A DNA stretch of 50,875 bases from Myxococcota bacterium (GCA_049322255.1 JBMORE010000187.1:1-50875); one strand, 5' to 3'; positions 8,431 through 17,655 are shown, numbered from the stretch's first letter. Notes: generated from the letters alone by a model not told the origin. Numbers and translations are program-made.

Positions 8431-10146
8431 TCACCCCGCGAGCTTCACCGTCTCCGCTCCGCCCTCCACCGGTACGCACTTCTTTTCCACCACCCGCCGT
8501 AGGGCGTCGAGCACCTGGGGGTCGAGCTGGGTGCCGCGCAGCCCTTCGAGAATCTCCAGCGCCCGCTCCATGGGCATCGCTTTCTGGTAGGGCCGGGTGG
8601 AGGTGCAGGCATCGAAGGTGTCGGCGCAGTTGACGATGCGGGCGATGAGGGGAATGGCGTCGCCCGCCAAGCCGTCGGGGTAACCCTTGCCGTCCCACCG
8701 CTCGTGGTGGTTTCTCACCGCGGCACGCACGCTGGCCAAGAAGCTCACCGGCTGAATGATGCTGTCGCCGATCACCGGGTGCTCCCGCATCGTCTTCATC
8801 TCTTCGTCGGTGAGTCGGCTCTGCTTGCACAGAATGGACTCCACGATGCCGATCTTCCCCACGTCGTGGAGGATGCCGCCGTAGTGGAGGTGCTTGAGCT
8901 CCCGCTCCGGCATGCTCAGCTCGCGGCCAATCTCCACCGAGAGGTCTCCCACCCGTTGGCTGTGGCCTCGCGTGTAGGCGTCCTTCGAGTCGATCGAGTT
9001 GGCCAGCGCGACGATCGTCTCGAGATATCCGTTCTCCAGGCTCTCGTAGAGCCGCTGGGTCTCCTGCGCCGACGCTTCGATCTGCGCCGACATGTAGTTG
9101 AAGGTCTGGGCGAGCTCGCCCAGCTCGTTTTTGTTCTTCAAGTCGACCTGCACGCCGAACTTGCCCTTGGCGATCTCCAGCGCGGCGCCGGCAAAGCGTC
9201 GCAGCGGGGTGGTCAGCTGACGGGAAAAGAGCGCCGCCAGCACCAGGGCCACACCCATGGCCGCCAAAACCCCCGCGGCGATCTGTCGCTCCATGGTGTC
9301 CACTTGGCGGTAGGCCAGCTCGACTGGCTGCTCCGAGACCACCGCCCAGCCGACCTCGGAGAGCACCGAAAAAGCGCTCACTACCCGCGCGTGACCCTCC
9401 CCCACGCTGGCCACATGCACCGACTCGGAGGCCGGCGTCGCCGCCAGAACCGCCAGCAAGCGGGCCACCGCCGGTCGGGTCGACAGATTCGCCCCCGTCG
9501 ACGCCCCCGGCAGCCCCGGTCCCGCCACCAGCCGCCCCGATCCATCGACCACGTAGGCAAATCCCCGTGAGCCCAACCGCTCCTTCTCCAGGGTCCGCAC
9601 CAGCTCGAACAGGGACACCTCGGCGGCCGCGTAGCCCTTGACCGGGTCGCCCACGGTGAACGCCAGCGTCACCACCGGTGCTCCACGCGCACTGCTGAAA
9701 TAGACCTCGGAGAACGCAGAACCGGGGCCACCGAGCGTTTCGAGCAGCGCCCCTGCCTTCACCTCGTGCACCGCCACGTCGCTGGGCGGAATGTCGCGCA
9801 CTGCGAAACCTTGCAGCCCCGGCACCTTTTGCTTCTTCCCGTCGTAGAGGGTGATGACCGCGATTTCTGAGCGCTGCTCCAGCACCGCGCCGATGTGCGC
9901 GCGCTGCTCGGCTTGGGGAAGCCGAAAGAAGCCGGCGATACGCGCCAAACCCATCACCGCGCGCGACGGCTCATGCAGCAGGTTGTGGGTCTTCAAACGC
10001 AGCTGTTTGACGCGCTCTTGGGCAAGCTCCTGCGCGTCGGTGACGAGCAGCTCCCGGGTACGGGAAACCGATGTCCACCCCACCATCACCGTGGGCACGA
10101 TGCTCGCCACCAGCATCAACAGAAGGATGAGCTTGAAAAGCCGCAT
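8431..10146 (-). CDS. membrane HD-GYP cyclic-dinucleotide phosphodiesterase (Cache-like + HAMP + HD-GYP), PmxA-like
   Basis: Two TM helices flanking a periplasmic Cache-like region, HAMP NELGELAQTFNYM, YTRGHSQRV, LHDVGKI, HHERWDGKGYPDGL, ADTFDA, RPYQ. Confidence 0.93.
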   Translation of the reverse strand: MRLFKLILLLMLVASIVPTVMVGWTSVSRTRELLVTDAQELAQERVKQLRLKTHNLLHEPSRAVMGLARIAGFFRLPQAEQRAHIGAVLEQRSEIAVITLYDGKKQKVPGLQGFAVRDIPPSDVAVHEVKAGALLETLGGPGSAFSEVYFSSARGAPVVTLAFTVGDPVKGYAAAEVSLFELVRTLEKERLGSRGFAYVVDGSGRLVAGPGLPGASTGANLSTRPAVARLLAVLAATPASESVHVASVGEGHARVVSAFSVLSEVGWAVVSEQPVELAYRQVDTMERQIAAGVLAAMGVALVLAALFSRQLTTPLRRFAGAALEIAKGKFGVQVDLKNKNELGELAQTFNYMSAQIEASAQETQRLYESLENGYLETIVALANSIDSKDAYTRGHSQRVGDLSVEIGRELSMPERELKHLHYGGILHDVGKIGIVESILCKQSRLTDEEMKTMREHPVIGDSIIQPVSFLASVRAAVRNHHERWDGKGYPDGLAGDAIPLIARIVNCADTFDACTSTRPYQKAMPMERALEILEGLRGTQLDPQVLDALRRVVEKKCVPVEGGAETVKLAG

Positions 10147-10155
10147 CGCTTGCCC

Positions 10156-10761
10156 CTACTTCCAGCTCGACGGTTTGACTTCGAGCTGAAGCGGCGCTTC
10201 TACCACCTCGAAGGTACGTGTCGCCGAAGGCTCGGAGGGCTTTCCCTCTTCGCTCCAAGCCCGCACCGACCACCGGTAGGTGCCCTTGGGCAGCGCCGGC
10301 AGCTGCGCCTCGGCCTTCGGAACCTTGAGGGAGAGCGTGCGCGCACCCGTCACCTCCACCTCGTAGGCCTGCGCGCCGCGTACCGGCTTCCACGAGAGCA
10401 NNNNNNNNNNNNNNNNNNNNNNNNNNNNNNNNNNNNNNNNNNNNNNNNNNNNNNNNNNNNNNNNNNNNNNNNNNNNNNNNNNNNNNNNNNNNNNNNNNNN
10501 TCCGGCCTGCTCGATGGCATTTTTGGCGGCAACCAGGGCGGAGAGCGCGAGCGTGCGTTCGGTCCCGGGGAGCTTGAGGAGGGTACCCGGGGCGGGGGCC
10601 ATCTCCGAAAGCCCGTTGAGCGCCTTGAGCTCGCTGGCCGCCGCGGCACTGCCCAGGGTGCGCTTGGCCACGTCGGCGAGCGTTTCGCCTTGCTTCACCC
10701 TCACTTCGCTGGGGAGGGGGGTGGCACACAGCCATAGGGAAAAAATGAGCAGAGCGCTCAT
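10156..10761 (-). CDS. secreted LysM protein with C-terminal fibronectin-III-like domain (spans gap; true length unknown)
   Basis: Signal peptide, VKQGETLADVAKR.LG...L..LNG...PG..L.LP (LysM); after the gap LSWKPV.GA..Y...G.Y.W.VRA (FN3-like). Confidence 0.75.
   Translation of the reverse strand: MSALLIFSLWLCATPLPSEVRVKQGETLADVAKRTLGSAAAASELKALNGLSEMAPAPGTLLKLPGTERTLALSALVAAKNAIEQAGXXXXXXXXXXXXXXXXXXXXXXXXXXXXXXXXXXLSWKPVRGAQAYEVEVTGARTLSLKVPKAEAQLPALPKGTYRWSVRAWSEEGKPSEPSATRTFEVVEAPLQLEVKPSSWK
10401..10500. other. assembly gap (100 N)
   Basis: Run of N. Confidence 1.
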
Positions 10762-11213
10762 TGGAAGACGATCTCCCTTCCCGCGCGCACCGTCGCCGAG
10801 GGAGTGGTGACGGTGATCGACTCTTTGGCCTGGTCGTCCAGCTCGGCGTCGATGGTGCCTTTGAGGACGGTGAGGTCGCTGCGCTCCTGGCCCGGGCGGG
10901 GGCGGGTTTCAGTGATGCTCACCAGCGCATCCTCGCCCAAGTTGACCGTCGAGCCGTTGGGGAAGTCGAGCACCGCCGTGGCGCCCGCAGCGGTGCGCAC
11001 CTTGTCGTTCTCGAACAGCTGCACCTCGCCGGCGGCGGTCATCCACCCATCCGAGGTGGCTCGCTTGACCGTCACTTCGCCCGAGATTGCCCGCAAGGTG
11101 GCCTTGGGCTCGGGGGCCACAGCGGCAGAGGCGAGCGGTGGAGGCGCCTCGCTCCCCGTGCACGCCAGGGGCACGAAAAGGAGGATCGCCAACATGGGGA
11201 TGCGTGGCTTCAA
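10758..11213 (-). CDS. FecR-domain lipoprotein
   Basis: Lipobox PLAC; GEVTVKR...LFENDKVRT...A.LDFPNGSTVNLGEDA...TPSATV. Confidence 0.82.
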   Translation of the reverse strand: MKPRIPMLAILLFVPLACTGSEAPPPLASAAVAPEPKATLRAISGEVTVKRATSDGWMTAAGEVQLFENDKVRTAAGATAVLDFPNGSTVNLGEDALVSITETRPRPGQERSDLTVLKGTIDAELDDQAKESITVTTPSATVRAGREIVFQ

Positions 11214-11309
11214 GGGCGAATAGAGTCTAGCGGATGAGGGGGTGCGCGCGTGCCCGACATCGTCCCCCTTCGTCGAGGAGGAGGGACAGGGGATCGGCGG
11301 GCTTGGGGG

Positions 11310-11716
11310 GGCCTGGTTCGGATTTCTCGAGCGGGCTCATCCGGCACGCGTGCAGCGCTTCTTTCGGCCGGAATGGAGGCTTGACCTCGCGTATTTCCTC
11401 GGCCAATCGCTCCTGTGGACCGCGCTGGCGCTTTTTGGCATCGAGGCGCTGCGGCATCTGGTGCCCAACCCTGCCGGAAAGTGTCCTCGCCGCCGTCGGC
11501 GCCCTCCCGGGCTGGGCGCAGGTCGCGCTGGGGGTCGTCCTGGGAGACCTACCATCTATTGGTTCCACCGCGCCTGTCACCGCTTCGATTGTCTTTTTGG
11601 CACCTACCCCCGGCCCGCGGACGACGCGCACTACAAGCTGGGGTTGCCGTCGCCGTTTCTCCGCTCCTACTTCGGCCGGCTCGCCTCGCCCTTCAGAAAG
11701 GGCCCGCGCCCCCTAG
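11310..11716 (+). pseudogene. sterol desaturase / fatty acid hydroxylase family pseudogene
   Basis: FLERAHPAR.QRFFRPEWRLDLAYF, then in another frame LPGWAQVALGVVLGDL, then YWFHRACHRFD joined directly to LFGTY; later His boxes deleted. Confidence 0.8.
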
Positions 11717-11740
11717 TTGGCCTTCAAGCGCCGACGGAGG

Positions 11741-12559
11741 TCAGCGCGCCGCTCGTCGGGTCCACCGCTCCCGCGACCGCTCGTACAACGGGCGGGGAAC
11801 GACAAGGTTCCAGTCGCGCAGATACGGGTCGCCCATTCTCCGGGACGACCTCTCGAAGTACGCCGGCGAACGGGGCCGCAACCGCTGCAGCTTCCTCAAG
11901 TCGGCAGGCGTTGTGCCCTTCAGGCCGAGCAGGAAGAACCCGAGGCGCGCGGCCGTGACCCGGTTGTGGAGGCGCGTGGCGTAGTGGACCATCTGCTCGA
12001 CGTCGAGGGCACCAGCTTTCTCGAACAACTTCCACAACTCGACCGGTTTGGGCGCGAGATCAAGGCGGTCAAGCAGGTCGACCATCGTACGTTCTCGCGT
12101 CGTGACTCTGAGCTCTTGGCCCGCGCGCTCGACGGTGACGACGCCCTCCTCCATCTCGCGTCCAGTCACGCCCAGGTAGACGACCTCGTTGAAAATGAAG
12201 TGAGTCGGCCGTTCGCGTGTCACGTACGAGATGTGGTGCCCGAGGCCCACCAGGCCGTGGAACGAAAGCGCTCCGTCAAACGCGATGGTCGCATCGTGCG
12301 TCAGCCGGCTGCCGATGACCCACGGGTCGACCCAGTGCGTATTTGCGGCGTACAGCCCGCGCCGGACGCTGCGGATGCGCCCAGCCTCGACGTGGTAGCG
12401 CAGCAACGCGATGGAAGTCGCCCGACTTCGGCCCGACGCGGTGTGCGCCTCGACGAAGTCGTCGAAACGAAACACCGGGTTTCGCGCGATGAACTGCGAA
12501 GCCTTGAACGGCTCCTCGATCGGGCCAGAACGGCGAGGTTTCTTCGTTGGGCGCGTCAT
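11741..12559 (-). CDS. type IV TA AbiEi-family antitoxin / transcriptional regulator
   Basis: wHTH-like N-terminus with GRIRSVRRGLY, AL.FHGL, VTTRERTMVDLL, RLGFFL, WNLVVP; SD GAGGAGG. Confidence 0.82.
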   Translation of the reverse strand: MTRPTKKPRRSGPIEEPFKASQFIARNPVFRFDDFVEAHTASGRSRATSIALLRYHVEAGRIRSVRRGLYAANTHWVDPWVIGSRLTHDATIAFDGALSFHGLVGLGHHISYVTRERPTHFIFNEVVYLGVTGREMEEGVVTVERAGQELRVTTRERTMVDLLDRLDLAPKPVELWKLFEKAGALDVEQMVHYATRLHNRVTAARLGFFLLGLKGTTPADLRKLQRLRPRSPAYFERSSRRMGDPYLRDWNLVVPRPLYERSRERWTRRAAR

Positions 12560-12601
12560 GTGCCTCCTCGGATGGGCGCACAGCTGGGGCATAGGGGATA
12601 T

Positions 12602-12632
12602 TTTATCGTACATATATATGCTATGCGATAAA
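12602..12632. promoter_or_regulatory. AT-rich inverted repeat, probable AbiEi operator/promoter
   Basis: TTTATCGTA...TGCGATAAA arms enclosing the perfect palindrome CATATATATG, about 45-75 nt upstream of the abiEi start. Confidence 0.6.
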
Positions 12633-12843
12633 TTACCAATTATAACGATATGTGAAAAAATGTGCCGAAAAGAGAGCGCCACGACTCGGCGCCGTCAGGG
12701 AGCGCGCGAAGGTAGCCTGCTGCCCGACCGGCGAGCCTGAACCCGGCGAGCAACTGGACCAGACGTCTTTCGTCGGTCATCCGTGGCGCGCTCGCGACTC
12801 CAATACGGGGCGACGGATCCCGCGACCTCGCAATTGACCAGCC

Positions 12844-15800
12844 TCAGGGAAGGGAGGCGAGCGGAGCCCCTTTTGCGAATCGGAGTAAGCCCTCGCTGGT
12901 GAGCAGCCAGGCCGCGCCGTCGGTGAAGATGAAATCGTTGACGTCACGGGCGGGGATGGGGAGGGAGAAGACGCCACGCTCGTCGACGCGCACTGGCGCC
13001 ATGCCGATGCCGCCAATCCACAGCGTGTCGCCCTGGGAGCGGATGGCCCGCGGCGGCACCCACTGGTGCGCAAGTTCCTTCATTCGGCTGGCGCGGCTGC
13101 CCTCGATGACGAACACTCCGGCATCGTAGGTGCCGGCGATGATGCGGTCGCCCATCGCATGGAGCGCGGTGACCCAGCCGGCGTCGAAGCCGTGCGCCAC
13201 CCCCAGTTGCTCGCCTTTGCCGTTGGCGAAGCGAAAGAGCCCCTCGAGGTTGCCGGCGTAAGTAGCTTCGCCCGTGCAAGCCACGGAGAGGAACTTGCCG
13301 TTGCCCGCTTTTTGAAAGTCGAGGCGGGTGGCTTCGCCGCCGTCGATTGCCCACAGGCCCGATGGAGTGGCTGCCACCACCCCTTGCGGGCAGGAGGCGA
13401 GGTCGTGCACCGCCGCGGGATGGACGCGCTCCACGTGGGCGCCGTCGTAGCGAAGCAGGCCGGCTTCGGTGCCCAGCCACAGGCTTTCGTCGTGGGCAAG
13501 GAGCGCGTTCACCTGCGCCTCCCGGGGGGAGAGGCCGATGTCCACCGGCGTCAGCTTTCCCTCGCGCAGCTGGAAGAGCCCGCGATCGAATCCGCCCACG
13601 TACCAGGTGCCGTTCCACTCGACGGAGGAGGTGAGCGCGCGCGAGGTCTCTTCGAAGTCGGGCACGCCGGCGGGGACGAAGCGATCTCTTCCGAGGACGC
13701 GCAGGCTGCGCTCTCCCGTCCAAACACGGGCGCCGTCGGGAGCGGTGGTGAGCGCCAGCGCGCGCTTGTCGGAAAGAAGGGTCTTCACCGCCTTGCCGCC
13801 GGCGATGCGCCACAGGCCGTTGTAGGCGGTGGAGACGAGCACGTCGCCGCGATCGGTGGCAATGTCGGTGATGAAGGCTGAGCCGACTTGGAGCTTGCTC
13901 TTCGTGAGCGCGCTCCCGCGCAGCTCGTACAGGCCCAGGCCGAGGGCGCCCACCAGCACGCGCTTGTTGTCCAGTGAGGCCAGCCCCGTTACCGGGTGCT
14001 CGGCGAGCGCGCGACCAAGAGCGGTGGCGGTGCACGTAGAGGTGCAGCGCAGATGAACGAGGTCTCCGCCCTGGGTGCCGAAGAGCAGCTCGTTCTTCTT
14101 GGGAGAGAGAGAAGCGGTGACATCGAGCGAGCGCAAAGGCGCCTCATCGAGAGAGAAGGTCCAACGCCTGTCGAGCACTTCGACGGTGGCGAGTCGACCA
14201 TCGACGGAAATCCCTCTTCCGGACGCTTGCAGCGAGACTCCCTCTCCCCGTGAGAGAGGGGTGGGGTGAGGGGCGTGGGCTCGACGAGTTTTCGTTCCCT
14301 CACCCTGACCCCCTCCCACAGGGAAAGGGATACTCGTGCGGTTCCCAGCGCGGTCGCGGGCGACGACGGTGAAGCGGGCTCCGGCTTCTGCGCGGGGCAC
14401 CAGCCAGGTGTCTCCGAGCGCGCTCAAGGCGAGCACGCGGCCGTCCTCGCGATGGAGCGAAACAGTGGAGAGGTCGGTCGCCTTCGGGCCCGGCACGATG
14501 CGCACCCACTGCTCGTCCAGGCGCACCGAGACGTCCGGTCCCTCTTCGTCGAGCCGGTAGAAGGCGCGCTCGGCGCGGGTGCTGCCGTCGGCGTAGCGCT
14601 TGAAGATTTCCACCGAGTACACCCGCTCGGCCCAGAAGCGCGGCACCAGGAAGCGGTCGATGAATGCTCCGTCGCCCTCCTTCACCAGCCGGCGCACCTC
14701 TCCGAAGGGGTACCACGCCACCACCTCCTCGAGTCCCGGCTCGGCCTTCACCCGAAGCAGCGGGTCGCCGGGCTTGATGTCCGCCAAGGACAGCTCGGGT
14801 GCGTCGACCTGCAGCGCGGTGAAGGCGGTGGGAATCTTCTCGCGCAAGGACAGCTCGATGATTTCCCGTTTCAACTTCTCGTCGTTCGCCTCCTTCCACT
14901 TCGCCATCCAGTCGGCGAGCACCTTCGCGTAGTACCCGCGGCGCAGCGCCTTGCCTTCCTCCGACGCCGGTTCGAGCGCACGCACGTCGAGCCGCTGGCG
15001 CAGCGGGCGATCTCCGACGATGGCATCTACCTCCACCGGCGCGAGCGAGGGAGCTTCGGCGAAGAGCCGGAGCATTCCTCCCTCGGCCACCCGCAGCCGC
15101 TGCTGGCCCAAGTCGATCGGCCCGCTGGCTTGGGAGGCCAGCCGCACGTCGAGCACCGGGAGCACGACCTGATCGACGATGGCGTGCAGCTTGGCCAAAG
15201 GCTCGCTCTCCGGCTGGTAGATGAGCGCACCCGCCGGCAGCCGTTCTTGCGCCCATGCCACCTCCGGCGCGTCGGCGAGGAACACCACCGGCAGTCCCAG
15301 CTCGACCAGCGGTGCCTGGTCCAGCCCGGCGAGGAGCGGATCGGTCACCACGATGCAGCGCACGCCTTTGGAGCGGCACTCCAGCCGCCCCACCAGCTCG
15401 GCGAGCTGCCCCCAGCGGGCGACGTGGCCGGCGGCCCCCGAGAGCACCTCGTGCGCCAGCTGCGCCGAATTGCCATTCTGAGCAAGCGACACCGTGCGCT
15501 CCGCCACCGCGTGCACGCGCACCGGCACCGGCGACTGCGCCTGTACACGCGCGAAGAGATCGGCCAGCGCGCCCGCGCGCTTTCGCATCGAGAAGGATGC
15601 GTCGGCGAGCACGTGCACCTGCCGGTAAGGCGGGGCCCATGCTCCGGCGTCGTTGAGCACCACCCGGAGGCCGAGCGCGGTCTTGCCGCCCTCCACCTCC
15701 ACCGCCTCGGCGCGCATCACCAGGGCTTCTGCACGCTCGTGCCACACCACCTCCGCCGCCCGGCGGGAGGTGAAGACGAGGGTGGCCGACTTCTCGGCAC

Positions 15801-16395
15801 GCTGAAGGACGCGGAAGCGGGCTCCCTCCACGCCGACGTCGGCGAGGCTTTCGCCCGTGGTGAGACGGAAGACGACCAGCCCCCGTGCCGCCGACTGCCC
15901 GAGGAAGGAATCGATGGGTAGCCGCACCCGGCTGCGTCCCATCTCCCGTTCCACCGGCAAGCGGAAGACGACCTCCACCTGCTTCAGCTCGCCTTCGCGC
16001 ACCGGGTAGACGGAGAAGACGTGGGTCGTGGCGTCGGAGGTGAGCAGCCCCGTGGAGCGCCCCCGGGCGGCGGCGTCGCGGTGCGCGGACTCGGCGGCGG
16101 AGCGCTCTTTCAGCGAGGCTTCGAGGCGCTTCTTTCCGTCCCAGAAGGCGAAGGAGACGATGGTCGCTCCTTGCGGCAGGTGCAGGCGGTACTCGGCCTG
16201 GCCGAGGTCGGGACCGTCGTTGGCGAACTGCTGCGTGAGGGTGAGGGTCGCTTCGGCGTCGGTCGCCGCTCCGCTCATCGTTTGCGTCACCAGCGGCAAC
16301 TGACGGGCGCGGGTGAACAGACCGGCGGCGTGGTCGTCTTGCGCGAGCGCGGAAGTGGAGAGCAGCGAAAAGAGCAGCGCAGTTTGGGCGTTCAT
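12844..16395 (-). CDS. secreted VIT + vWA-like + beta-propeller protein (1183 aa)
   Basis: Signal MNAQTALLFSLLSTSALA; VIT (LTQQFAND...AEY.L.LP.GA.I..F); MIDAS-like DASFSM; KPGDPLL...PFG...RFLVP; C-terminal propeller repeats (LWLGTEAGLLRYDG, IIAGTYDAGV). Confidence 0.85.
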   Translation of the reverse strand: MNAQTALLFSLLSTSALAQDDHAAGLFTRARQLPLVTQTMSGAATDAEATLTLTQQFANDGPDLGQAEYRLHLPQGATIVSFAFWDGKKRLEASLKERSAAESAHRDAAARGRSTGLLTSDATTHVFSVYPVREGELKQVEVVFRLPVEREMGRSRVRLPIDSFLGQSAARGLVVFRLTTGESLADVGVEGARFRVLQRAEKSATLVFTSRRAAEVVWHERAEALVMRAEAVEVEGGKTALGLRVVLNDAGAWAPPYRQVHVLADASFSMRKRAGALADLFARVQAQSPVPVRVHAVAERTVSLAQNGNSAQLAHEVLSGAAGHVARWGQLAELVGRLECRSKGVRCIVVTDPLLAGLDQAPLVELGLPVVFLADAPEVAWAQERLPAGALIYQPESEPLAKLHAIVDQVVLPVLDVRLASQASGPIDLGQQRLRVAEGGMLRLFAEAPSLAPVEVDAIVGDRPLRQRLDVRALEPASEEGKALRRGYYAKVLADWMAKWKEANDEKLKREIIELSLREKIPTAFTALQVDAPELSLADIKPGDPLLRVKAEPGLEEVVAWYPFGEVRRLVKEGDGAFIDRFLVPRFWAERVYSVEIFKRYADGSTRAERAFYRLDEEGPDVSVRLDEQWVRIVPGPKATDLSTVSLHREDGRVLALSALGDTWLVPRAEAGARFTVVARDRAGNRTSIPFPVGGGQGEGTKTRRAHAPHPTPLSRGEGVSLQASGRGISVDGRLATVEVLDRRWTFSLDEAPLRSLDVTASLSPKKNELLFGTQGGDLVHLRCTSTCTATALGRALAEHPVTGLASLDNKRVLVGALGLGLYELRGSALTKSKLQVGSAFITDIATDRGDVLVSTAYNGLWRIAGGKAVKTLLSDKRALALTTAPDGARVWTGERSLRVLGRDRFVPAGVPDFEETSRALTSSVEWNGTWYVGGFDRGLFQLREGKLTPVDIGLSPREAQVNALLAHDESLWLGTEAGLLRYDGAHVERVHPAAVHDLASCPQGVVAATPSGLWAIDGGEATRLDFQKAGNGKFLSVACTGEATYAGNLEGLFRFANGKGEQLGVAHGFDAGWVTALHAMGDRIIAGTYDAGVFVIEGSRASRMKELAHQWVPPRAIRSQGDTLWIGGIGMAPVRVDERGVFSLPIPARDVNDFIFTDGAAWLLTSEGLLRFAKGAPLASLP
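14240..14273 (+). repeat. palindromic triplex-type repeat (BoxC/PIT-like), intragenic copy A
   Basis: CCCTCTCCCCGTGAGAGAGGGGTGGGGTGAGGGG. Confidence 0.8.
14297..14330 (-). repeat. palindromic triplex-type repeat, intragenic copy B (inverted)
   Basis: Reverse complement TCCCTTTCCCTGTGGGAGGGGGTCAGGGTGAGGG. Confidence 0.75.
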
Positions 16396-16406
16396 CGGTT
16401 TCCTCT

Positions 16407-17330
16407 TCAGCCGGCAATCAGTGCGCGCAGCGGAGTCGCCGCGGGCACGCACTCGGACAGCTCGTAGGTCTCGCTTCCCCCGCGGCCGGTCGACAGGGAG
16501 AGCTCGACGGCGAGCTCTCCGTCTCCTCGCGTCACCTTGGGTGGCGCCAGCAAGCCGAGCCCCGGTGGCAAGGACACGGATAGACCGCACGTCTTTCCCG
16601 CGCGGGTCACCGGACGTAGCGCAAGCTCGGTGGCGCGCTCCGTTCGCTCCTTCAGTAAGACGCGGACGGCGGGCCCGTTGGGCGACTGCTCATCGCCTCC
16701 GGTGGGCGCCAGCGCCTTGAGCATCGCCTTCGCCAGGCCGGCTTCCTCGGTGCGTACCCGGCCGATGTGCTGGTAGCTCCCCTCGGTGTGGAAGGCGAGG
16801 CGGCGGAACTGCTCCTGGCCGTTCGCAGACAGCGAGCGGCACCCGATGGCGTTGACCACGATGCGCCGCGACAGTGCCTCGGCGATGAGCTCTTCGGGGG
16901 TGGGTGCTCCTTTGTAGAGCTGAGCGGGTGCGTCGCCGATGAGAAAGACCTGCCGCTCGGTCTGCGGCGTCTCGTCCCAGTTCATCTCGTAGAGTGCCGC
17001 GCGAAGGCCGGAGAGCACGTCCTCCGGCGCGTCGCCGCCGCCGTCGGCCCGGAGCGAGGCGAGGAAGGCGAAGCTTGCGTTCACGTTGGTGCCCAGCGGC
17101 GAGACCTTGGTGAGGTACTCGTCGCCCTTGTCCCGGTAGGCGACCACTCCGATGCGCACCCGTTGGTTGGGGCGGGCCTTGGAGAGGGTCTCGGCGATTT
17201 GCTTGACCCGCTCCTTCGCTTCTTGGATTTCGCCGCCCATGGACCCAGTGGTGTCGAGGAGAAAGACGACGTCTAAGTCCGCGAGGGCGACGGCGGGGGT
17301 GAGGGCAAAAAGCAGCGCGAAAAGACGCAT
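16407..17330 (-). CDS. secreted von Willebrand factor type A domain protein
   Basis: Signal peptide; DVVFLLDTTGSMG, IGVVAYRD, ADGGGDAPE, FLIGDAP. Confidence 0.92.
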   Translation of the reverse strand: MRLFALLFALTPAVALADLDVVFLLDTTGSMGGEIQEAKERVKQIAETLSKARPNQRVRIGVVAYRDKGDEYLTKVSPLGTNVNASFAFLASLRADGGGDAPEDVLSGLRAALYEMNWDETPQTERQVFLIGDAPAQLYKGAPTPEELIAEALSRRIVVNAIGCRSLSANGQEQFRRLAFHTEGSYQHIGRVRTEEAGLAKAMLKALAPTGGDEQSPNGPAVRVLLKERTERATELALRPVTRAGKTCGLSVSLPPGLGLLAPPKVTRGDGELAVELSLSTGRGGSETYELSECVPAATPLRALIAG

Positions 17331-17429
17331 GGGGCCTCCGCTGCCGACCCAAAGCAGGAGGCTTGCCAGCCAGTAAGTGGGCGAAGTCGCTGAAGGCGTG
17401 CTTCCAGTGCCCCGAAGCGCGTGTGCGTT

Positions 17430-17565
17430 CAGCCGCGTTAGGGCGCGGGCGCATGCACCGCGGGCAACAAGAGAAGAAGAGCTCGCCGCCGATGATTTCT
17501 CCCGTGAGGTGGTCGGGGAGCGCGAGGATGTCGTCGTAAGTCGCCCGGCGAGAGGATTTCTTCAC
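17430..17565 (-). pseudogene. Uma2 (DUF820) endonuclease N-terminal remnant
   Basis: RATYDDILALPDHLTGEIIGGELF, typical Uma2 N-terminus; nuclease core missing. Confidence 0.7.
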
Positions 17566-17655
17566 AGGATGCAGAGGCTAACACGAGCACCACTGGTCGT
17601 TTGGGGGCGCCGCAAGCAGCGCTCGTCCTACCCGGGTTCGCTGGCAGCGGGCCAG

